Assembly: GCA_965645245.1 (NCBI GenBank)
Contig: OZ287087.1
Span: 1,054,001-1,118,000 of the forward strand
DNA from: Massalongia carnosa
Taxonomy: Eukaryota
Direction: 5' to 3'
Length of the DNA: 64,000 nucleotides
Part shown: positions 23,401-31,028 of the stretch, piece after piece
Layout of the letters: the number at the start of each line of letters is the position of its first letter
Numbering within the stretch: position 1 is the first letter of the stretch
Position numbers and translations under genes: made by a program
The notes under the pieces: model-generated
What the model saw: only the letters and a program-made list of their open reading frames with translations
What the model was told of the DNA's origin: nothing
Databases searched by the model: none

Positions 23401-24515
23401 CAAAAAGACGATTATACGAACCGCATACGTCACTCTCCACCGACGAATTAATGGACGCCATGTCTCGACGACTCTTCTCCTCGTATGGCTTTCCATTGTC
23501 AACGGTAAACGATCGAGGCAGTCAGCTGACTGCTCATCTGTGGAAAAGAATTTGTGAAAGATATGGAGTAAAGATAAAGTTCTCTTCAGCGCATCATCCA
23601 GAAACGGATGGTCAAACTGAGAATGCAAATAAAGTAATGAAGAACTACCTTCGATCATACATCAATTATGCTCAGGACAACTGGGTCGACTATCTTTCAG
23701 ATGCCGAGTTCGCCGTCAACAATCATGTTAACGTTTCGACAGGAATGACACCATATTTCGCAGATCACGGCTTTCATCCTCGTTCGGGAATAGAGCCTCC
23801 AGGAACATATGAAGAAAAGGGAAAAGCCGAGATACTTCATGCTGACAAAATAGTCGCTCGCCAGGAAGCAATGCGAGAATGGTTAAGAAATCAGCTAACA
23901 TGGGCCCAGGAAGAACAAACACGAGTTGCTAACAAAGATCGTCAACCGCACCCAGAATACAAAGTGGGCGACTTAGTGTACGTTAATGCTAAACATTTCG
24001 CATCGGAGCGTCCAAGTCGTTCCCTCGGGTTTAAAAACGTTGGTCCCTGGAAAATTGTTAGGATAATCGATAACAAGGCATATGAGCTTGACATACCACA
24101 GCATTTAAAGAATGTGGGACTCACCCCAATATTTCATCCATGGAAGTTGCATCTCGCTCCGTCCAATCCGTTCCCAGGGCAAGTACTGCCTCCCGGCCCA
24201 CCTCTCTTGATCACCGAGAACGATAAGGAGGTAACACATGAAGAGTGGGAAATCTTAGAGATAGTGGACTGTCGAGAGACAAGGAAATTTGGAGTACAGT
24301 ATAAGGCTACATATATTGGAAATTGGGACGAATGGAACGCTGACCCACCTTGGCAACCATGGACCGACTTCAGAAAGTCTATCGAAAAGGTTCTGCAATA
24401 TCATAGAGAACATCCTCGAAAACCGAAGGCGCCAGAGGACCTCACAGTGATGGATCAGACGATCGATAACGTCAGACCATCTACGGAAAGCGTAGATGGA
24501 CCCGATGAGGCTTAG
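20442..24515 (+). CDS. pol: Intact Pol of family 3 (PR, RT, RNase H, IN, chromodomain-like), -1 frame to gag
   Basis: 1330-aa ORF, open back to slippery GGGAAAA 20442-20448; LVDNGSE, YLDD, DSSD...ELLAI, GHPG...CSIC, NDRG, GPW, EWEILEIV. Confidence 0.95.
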   Translation, partial: GKSLVLYQNRDQGRLKKDVICEIGSAEMKTVRVSSCAVLDTEKKIEGKHLVFKTSIAGIKTRLLVDNGSEAKLIDESFARVNKLNTSKLETGVKLTLGNGEVAQLLTRTALVDVKIGDHQEQVLCYVAKLDVYAVILGDGWLQTHNPSIDWKKRIMKFNSADCLEMGCLSRGITCTEFAVGSRAKNRIGTKDDIEVLPVNAKHFFRMVRKKDHEGYLWTPREHKTFCATTTGAVISKDYDKFMKGKPEYSREELLKKIPSEYHSMIEVFMKHKADELPEHRKEDHEINLMDGKEPPYVRNYKPMSEQELEAVKKYIDEHMGKGFIRPSSSTAAAPVLLVRKPGGGLRFCVDYRALNAITVKNRYPIPLINETLGKLSQAKRFTKLDVITAFNRLRVKEGHEWLTAFNTRYGQFEYLVMPFGLCNAPGTFQSYINNSVREYLDVFCTAYLDDVLIYSDNKEEHSDHVLKVLKRLGERGLQVDIDKCEFSVTKVKYLGLIVTTEGIQMDSEKIEAILKWETAESVKDVQAFLGFANFYRRFISKFSQRTRSLTELTKGEQITTKSGKKITRYNVFTWTEDCKKAFEDLKEAFTTAPVLAHYDPSLEIWIEIDSSDFDTAGVLSQMHDGVLKPVAYFSKKMTPAECNYMIYDKELLAIIKSFEDWRPEAASAAPDQPIKVYTDHKNLEHFMTTKQLNRRQARWAEFLSEFNFKIMYRPGRQGEKPDTLTRRSQDLPKGFDDSRQQHQIQTLLQEHQLDDDVKKALSVIFCANTRTNDTDEEAEEPQAIEDDEEAQGQILNENPVKELGEDSEEDPSAKPLEELVEEAYEKDEVVQDIIAAKTRELRKLPSHLIKKGIKLAMGDLKVKDERLYVKDRLYVPDHEPLQLCLLQKHHEPPLQGHPGYKSMYQLLMENYFWFDMKDHCKRYAVNCSICRRSKSYNVKKQGLLNPLPIPNRKWTDVSLDFVEFLPECRRRNIVYQHILVIVDRLTKRRLYEPHTSLSTDELMDAMSRRLFSSYGFPLSTVNDRGSQLTAHLWKRICERYGVKIKFSSAHHPETDGQTENANKVMKNYLRSYINYAQDNWVDYLSDAEFAVNNHVNVSTGMTPYFADHGFHPRSGIEPPGTYEEKGKAEILHADKIVARQEAMREWLRNQLTWAQEEQTRVANKDRQPHPEYKVGDLVYVNAKHFASERPSRSLGFKNVGPWKIVRIIDNKAYELDIPQHLKNVGLTPIFHPWKLHLAPSNPFPGQVLPPGPPLLITENDKEVTHEEWEILEIVDCRETRKFGVQYKATYIGNWDEWNADPPWQPWTDFRKSIEKVLQYHREHPRKPKAPEDLTVMDQTIDNVRPSTESVDGPDEA

Positions 24516-24612
24516 CTTCGAGTAAGGGATTTTTCGTTTCTTTAGTCAAGAATTGGTTGAACGGAGCGAATTCTTCACGACTCCGAGACGTCGTCCATAG
24601 AAGGGGGGGTAG

Positions 24613-24819
24613 TGTCAGGGTCCTGGCCTGACCCGCCATGCTCTGGTGGTCACGGGACAGCGTGACTCACCTAAACAGTAGCGCGCGTCGCTTGACTGGC
24701 TAGCGCACCCACGGTAGATTATGTTTAGGAGTTCAGCGATGAGTATTCTTTTCTTTTCTTCCTTGTAGTTAAATTCTAGTTCATAGCTACTGAATAATAT
24801 CAGGGCAAGCTGCCTGACA
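24613..24819 (+). repeat. 3' LTR (207 bp), family 3
   Basis: Direct repeat of 18235-18441. Confidence 0.97.
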
Positions 24820-27027
24820 ACAGGTGTGGTTTTGAAAGTTCCTAAAATCTTTCGAATCATTTGATTTTGTAGGTTCTGAAATAGTTTTTCATATTTCTTT
24901 TGACTATTATACCAAATTTCTGAGCCTTAGTCCGAAATAGGAATAATGCATGACATATAGAGCTGTCTGCATGCGGTCGGTTTCAGACCCCATTCGGACT
25001 TCATCAAATTCTGAATTGCAAAAAACGATCGATTCGCAGAAGAGATCCGCGTTTCGACTTGTTTTTAGAAATTTAGTTTTCGGTCTAACCAGACGCCCAA
25101 CCATTTGACTACATTTTTCGGTTCTAGTACTGTACCGTTTGGTAATTCCAATGTGTCTTTCGATACATTTCTTGTCTTTTCGAAGTGAATCAGCTCGGAT
25201 TTATCGTCATCAAATTTGACATTATTCGATTAGGCCCAATCAAAAGCCGTTTTGACTATGATTTCGATTTCTTTGCAATTCTATTTTGCAGTTTTATTTT
25301 CGACATATATCGCAAAATCGTAAATAAAACTGGGAGAATGTGTATTGAATTTCATTCGTATTTTCGGAAACAAGTGACGAATGTAAATCAGAAATAGAAT
25401 AGGCGAGATTGTGGAGCCTTGTGGAATTCCTGACTCGACATAATATGTTTTGCTTAAATTTTCATCAAATATCAAATTGATCGATCGTTTTGTCATGAAT
25501 GCTTGACCTATTGAATTATTATGCGAGATAATTTCAGCTTTTTCATAACATTTAGCAGTTGATTAATCGAGACAAAGTCAAATGCGCCTTTGAAATCGAG
25601 TAATAATCATGATAAGACGTTTTTATTTCTATTTACAATTTCAATATCATAAACAACGTTCATTACTGCGTCAATTGCAGAATAATTTTTGCGTCCGCCC
25701 ATCTGTTCGATATGGAGTAAATTCGAATTTTCGCCGAAGAAGGCTAGTCGATGTGCAACGATTTTCTCAGCAATTTTACCAAGACAATTTAGTAATGTGA
25801 TAATTCGATATGTTTTTGGAAACGAATAGTCTGATTTATTAGGTTTTTTCAGAACTGCACCGAGTCCTGTCCGCCAGCATAACTAGCTAAGAATGATAAT
25901 AGAGTTGACATCTCCTTCGTGAAGTCTCTATCCCAGTTCTCGTTCATCTCACTGGTGCGTTTTACGGCCCAAGACTATTGATGAATTCTACGATTGGGGT
26001 GAACGACGTCCCTTTCGCCCAGGTCAAAACCAGTTCACTCCTTAAGCATATATCAAGGGCGAGTCTAGCCGTAGCCCATGCGCTGGCGAATCGACGGGGT
26101 CTCGTTACGAGCGAGATAGACATTCCCTGCTCTATATACACCGATATGCGCATACTGTCCTCTCGGGCTATGCATACGGTCTCCGTACGGTGGCCGCCAT
26201 TGCATACCACGCCTCACGGGTTTTTTACGCCCACTTCGCGTTATTCATAAAGGTCTCCCGTTTATGAACCGACCTTGTCTCGCAGGGATTTCGACCACTA
26301 TGCTCCTGACCAGGCAGTATAGTATCGATTTTCCGTCCCTACTAACCAAAACGAGTCGAGGACAACTCGGAGGGGTGCTCGTTTGAAATTCGTCTATTAG
26401 CTCAGGGCCTAGACTGTTATCAATTAACGGGTTCCTCGTATATTGCCCTCTTCTTGTCCCAAGGGTTTCCTATTTGATGACTATGTTGCCTCCACCATCC
26501 CCGGTACGACTCCAGCTCGGGCCGTTTTGCTCACGGTAGCCATCAATCGGATGGTTTTCATAACACAAATCCCTTGTATCGTGTAGGGTGTGACCCTACA
26601 CTATGTGTCTATATGTTTTATTTCTTTCAGCCGGAGGGCTCCGTGTTGTAGACGAAGGAGACCCGTGTGATAGACATAGCTGACCCGTGTCGTACATCTT
26701 TAGCTCTCAGCCGATGACTGCATGAAAGGAATTGAACCTTTAAGAGTATGACCGAACGTTGTTAATGAGGTCTATGAAAATCTTATTAACGAGGTCTTCG
26801 AGAACAATATTAACGAAGTTCCGCTGAACTTTTTTCATTCGTTTTGTGATCCATCGAGGTCTACCCGTGTCAAATCCACACTATGCCCGTGTCCAAATAA
26901 ATTATTTTCAGCTGATGACTGCTAGAAAGGACTTGAACCTCTAAAAATATGTACTCCGATATTAACGGGGTGCAGATCTGTCTTAACGAGCACCCGCAGA
27001 ACCCCCTTCACAGGGACGTGTTATTGA

Positions 27028-27177
27028 TTTGTGACTGTGTTTTTTGTGACTGTGTGTTTTGTGACTGTGTGTTTTTGACTGTGTGTTTGTGACTTTATGT
27101 TTGTGACTGTGTGCTTTGTGACTGTGTGCTTTGTACAACGTGTGATTGATGACTATGTGTTTTGTGACTCTGTGTTT
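27028..27177 (+). repeat. ~14-bp minisatellite (TGTGACTGTGTGTTT-like, ~10 units)
   Basis: Visible tandem; second copy at ~61023-61188. Confidence 0.9.
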
Positions 27178-27616
27178 TCCTCGATTTTATTTAACAGGCC
27201 GGGCCTATTAAATGGGATATTGTTATTCTGCTTCGAGATGGAGTTTTCTTGAGGTGACAGCATTCGCCCCGGTGCCTTTACGCGTTCTGTTGATCCCAGG
27301 TGATGACTGCATGGGGAGACTTGAACTCTCAGGAGCTAGAACGCGTGTCGACTGTGCCCGGGTGGGGGATGATGCGGCTCCTTTGGTCCACATCTTCTTC
27401 CAGCTGATGACTGCATGAAGGGACTTGAACCCTTAGAAGCATGGTGCTAAGACGCGCGCATTCTACCCCCCGGCGGTTGGCCTTCGTATCCTCTTCCGTA
27501 CGTACGTCTGCGACGCGTGTGAACGCGTTAAATTAGCATTGTTTTGATGCGAAGAAATAGGAGCAAATCTATATTTGACGGTCGCCCCACGGTGAGGCCT
27601 TTGGCGTCTCCGTGGT

Positions 27617-27761
27617 GAGGACCGATGGTGTAAAAGGAGGAGGACCGATGGTGTAGAAGGAGGACCGATGGTGTAGAAGGAGGAGGACCGATGGTGTAGA
27701 AGGAGGAGGACCGATGGTGTAGAAGGAGGAGGACCGATGGTGTAGAAGGAAGAGGACCGAT
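27617..27761 (+). repeat. 23-bp tandem repeat GGAGGAGGACCGATGGTGTAGAA (7 GGACCGAT cores)
   Basis: Visible tandem; 2 cores in copy B at 61627-61660. Confidence 0.95.
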
Positions 27762-28007
27762 GCTCACTTCATTCTTGATAAGTTTATAACATAAAGTGTC
27801 TTACATATGAAAACAAGTGAGCATGCAGTGTTGGTGCTTTTGTCGCGTAACTGTACAACCTGTTCTCGAGACAACAAAACTTCTTGGTGTTCATTTGAAA
27901 TTTAAGGTTACCGGTACCGTATACACTATTCTATTTTGGGTTTTTGCGATTTTCGTTGAACTGCCGACCAACAATCTGCTGAAACGAAGGGGAAAAACGT
28001 CTGAAAT

Positions 28008-29038
28008 TGTAATACGGATAGCTCTAGAGGGATACGTGATCGCCTATGGCGGTTGCGGGATTAAACTAGCGTGGACCATGCCGTAGTACGAAGTCGCATA
28101 AGCCGTCGAGGCTGACACACTGCCATTTTACCCCGAAACTTCGGAGTTATTGTTATCACGTTCTTGACTACTTACAGATCAAACACCTGTCGAGGCCGTG
28201 GTGGTAGATTGCCATGGAGTGTAAGGCGGACTCCTGTGGAGACGCCAAGGAACTCTATATGGGATCTACTGGCCTACTCGGAGCTACTGGATCTCTTGAT
28301 GGATCAAGAGGGGTAGCAGGAGGCACGGCTCGCTGGACGCAGCTTGAGCTAGGCTCCCCGATGTAAACTTCAGCTTCAACCTTTATCACTACGTTGGTAT
28401 TGATATCGGCTGAAAGAACCTTCATGACCTCGTTGTCTAGACCTTGGGTCTAGAGGCAGGTCCGCAGTGTAGCGAGGTATTCAGTCGGAGGTAACCTTCC
28501 ATCACTAGGTAGTGGTGACGGCGAAATGAAGCTACATAGCCTGAGGCATGTAGTGAGGGATCTAGCCGGGGGTAGAATTGTTCTACCTTGCAAGGGAAGA
28601 TCTAGAAGGCTGCTCGAGGCTGACTAGATGATCCAGCGAACGCCGAGTTCGTGGATGGATCCTGAGGGATGGTTGGATGTAATGCGATAAAGTCGGATGT
28701 GGATTGCAAGGCTGTAATGCTCGCAAGACTCCCAAGGCTTGCAAGGCTCCTAAGGTTCCAAGGCTCCCAAGGCTATAGGCTTGGGGTGAGTAGGATAAAT
28801 ATCAGAACGAATCTTGTAGTATTCGTTAGCAATTAGTCTTTATTCTATGAACAACCTACGTTTGGGTCTCGGACGAGATCTCTTGGTCTAAGCACTTCCA
28901 CATCCATTAGTTCTTTGGATCACGTATACTCTCGGAGACTAGCACGTAGTAGCTATCTTCCTCCTCTCACGCTGAGCATTTCCCCTTTCGAGATCAGTGT
29001 CGCTCGTGATAAGCTTACTGGTCTCGTAGCCAATTACA
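28008..29038. mobile_element. Probable solo LTR (1031 bp) with 5-bp TSD GAAAT
   Basis: TGTAAT...ATTACA termini; GAAAT at 28003-28007 and 29039-29043; removing it restores the LINE 5' UTR; internal CAAGGCTCC-type repeats at ~28705-28775; no coding domain. Confidence 0.88.
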
Positions 29039-29444
29039 GAAATAGGGTTAAACCAAAGGCCCTGTTTCAGGCTAACCAGAATTGGAAGTCTCCTACTCTC
29101 TCATTGTACTTGATTTTTATTTCTGGATCAAAAACATTTTTTTAAAAAAAAAATTTTCTGTTCGATCGTAAAATTCTTACTATATTCCAAATATCGTAGT
29201 TTCAAGGTAAAGAGTTAAATAAGATCTATTGCCTAAGCGAGGAACGGTCTATTTTAACTCGACTAGGATTTATTTGACTTGTTATTGTCAAATAAATAGG
29301 GTTTGGAAAGCAAGAGTCTTTAGACCAATAAATCGGCGTAAAAACTCTCTATTCTGACTATTACATCCGGGGAACGTCAGAATAAACTATGTGGTGGCGA
29401 TAAAGGGGATATAGCAAAGGCAATATCAATTTATTTATAAAATC

Positions 29445-31028
29445 ATGTTTAACGCGGTAATGAACCGCCGGAATATACCAAGGACACCACCCCCAGCCGG
29501 TCCCGCCCCCCTATCGACCCCCTACCCGGCCCCCCCCCGACACTCCCCCGGACCATCTCCGGTGGCGTTGATAGGGAGCTCTCCCCGTCTTGAACCTATG
29601 GATCAAACTCGCGAATATGCATCAGCCCCGTCAACACCGACACCAAAGGCAACGAAATTCCCATCGGGTCCATTTTCCACTATCTTGCCGATGCCTTCAT
29701 TGAACTTAAACATTGGATCAAGCCTACCAATCAAACGAAATAAAAGACGCACATTTGACGAACATTCGAGAGATAGCCAAGAAGCGATCAATCGGGCAAA
29801 TTCAATTGAGCTTCTAAAGTCGGCCAAAAAAGCATTATTGCAATCATTTGTACTTGACCAAAATCCACAAACGGCTATCGTAATTGACAACGATAATTCG
29901 TTGATTTCGAAAAAATCAATCAATTTACAAACATCCTTAGATATGATTAACTATAAAATGGGCATAGTACTTGATCAAACTTGTCATCTTTCCTCAAAAA
30001 CGTCACAACAACAAACGACTCCACTACAGAATGGTCCAAAAATCCAAAAACCTGTTGTTAAATTGAACGAAAATTCAATTATCGAAAATCAGACCATTCG
30101 CAAAGGAGCCACCGGGGTCTCTGGCAACAATGTTAGCACAACCGGTACATGGAGTCAAATGCTTGGAAAAGCAACCGAAAACTCCGAAAATTGGACTACT
30201 ATTCAAAGGAAAAGTTCGAATCATAATTCGAACAAAGTCGATCGATTTGATGCAATCAAGGCCGGACGACTCGTGATTTCACCGAAAAATCCTGACGCTC
30301 AAATCGACTCTATGAAGTTGCGTGATCAAATTAACGCGCTATTAAGAAACGCAAATTTAAACATCATCGTCAATACTGTTGAAAAGTCCAAAACCGGTCA
30401 GAATATCGTTCTCACTACTAGCCCTGACAACAATGCCGAAGAATTGTTGAAAAATAAATCTTCATGGGAACACATTTTCGAATCACAAAAAATTCGAAAA
30501 GACGAATCCTGGTTTAAAGTCATAGCACACGGAGTAAATATCTCGTTATTCGATAATAACATGCAATATTTGCAAACTGAAATCGAAAAATACAATTCGA
30601 ATATGCAACTATGCGATTTACCAAGATGGCTTGCTCGGGATCGTCAAAACAAAGTCACGTCGTCGGTAGTTTTGACTTTCAATAATCAAAATCAAGCGTC
30701 AAACGCGTTAAGAGGCGTGAATATCGCGGGTAGACATTGTGACACGGAAATATTTGCTTCCGTTCGTCTAAACACGCAATGTATTAATTGTCAGAAATTT
30801 GGACATAAGCATTATCAATGCAAAAGTCCGGCAAAATGCAATATATGCGCACAAAGTCATGAAACGCATAATCATGAATGCACAACATGCAAGTCTAAAA
30901 TCGCATGCGCACATGCAATTCTGAAATGCGTCAATTGCAACAAAAATCATCAATCGAACGATATAGGTTGCGAAATGTTTATCTCGCTAAATCCTAGAAA
31001 ATCGAATGATGAATTAATACTTGGTTAA
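29445..31028 (+). CDS. LINE ORF1 (gag-like nucleic-acid-binding protein, 527 aa)
   Basis: Uninterrupted ATG ORF; Pro-rich N-terminus; knuckles CINCQKFGHKHYQC, CNICAQSHETHNH, CVNCNKNH. Confidence 0.92.
   Translation: MFNAVMNRRNIPRTPPPAGPAPLSTPYPAPPRHSPGPSPVALIGSSPRLEPMDQTREYASAPSTPTPKATKFPSGPFSTILPMPSLNLNIGSSLPIKRNKRRTFDEHSRDSQEAINRANSIELLKSAKKALLQSFVLDQNPQTAIVIDNDNSLISKKSINLQTSLDMINYKMGIVLDQTCHLSSKTSQQQTTPLQNGPKIQKPVVKLNENSIIENQTIRKGATGVSGNNVSTTGTWSQMLGKATENSENWTTIQRKSSNHNSNKVDRFDAIKAGRLVISPKNPDAQIDSMKLRDQINALLRNANLNIIVNTVEKSKTGQNIVLTTSPDNNAEELLKNKSSWEHIFESQKIRKDESWFKVIAHGVNISLFDNNMQYLQTEIEKYNSNMQLCDLPRWLARDRQNKVTSSVVLTFNNQNQASNALRGVNIAGRHCDTEIFASVRLNTQCINCQKFGHKHYQCKSPAKCNICAQSHETHNHECTTCKSKIACAHAILKCVNCNKNHQSNDIGCEMFISLNPRKSNDELILG

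Larger units (their letters stand above)
18235..24819 (+). mobile_element. Complete Ty3/Gypsy chromovirus LTR retrotransposon (family 3) with 5-bp TSD ACAGG
   Basis: 207-bp LTRs TGTCAGG...CCTGACA; TSD at 18230-18234 and 24820-24824; PPT AGAAGGGGGGG 24599-24609. Confidence 0.98.
16564..25883 (-). mobile_element. 5'-truncated LINE-A (part of RT, RNase H, 3' UTR, tail), split by the Ty3 family 3 insertion
   Basis: ORFs 16799..17842 (YTDGS, AELHAI, IFSDS) and 17839..18261; LINE sequence resumes at 24820 after the ACAGG TSD. Confidence 0.92.
25884..27761. repeat. Unclassified non-coding interspersed repeat, copy A (four structured modules and two minisatellites)
   Basis: 26154-26598 matches 53398-53843 and 26585-27650 matches 60581-61660; no credible ORF; left boundary inferred only from the end of LINE similarity. 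Confidence 0.85.

Noticed and set aside
26581..26606. Helitron 3' terminus at the hairpin
   Set aside because: No CTRR at the expected distance, and homology between copies continues on both sides
27212..27418. 68-aa ATG ORF present in both copies of the unknown repeat (also 61223..61429)
   Set aside because: Short, no recognisable domain, differences mostly change amino acids, and it overlies the structured modules; cannot be fully excluded
27401..27480. tRNA gene on the minus strand
   Set aside because: A T-arm is present but no acceptor or anticodon stem could be paired; kept only as a B-box-like finding
27617..27761. Regular 23-bp repeats as a CRISPR array or telomere
   Set aside because: No unique spacers, no cas genes, eukaryotic TE context; internal location and no TTAGGG-type unit
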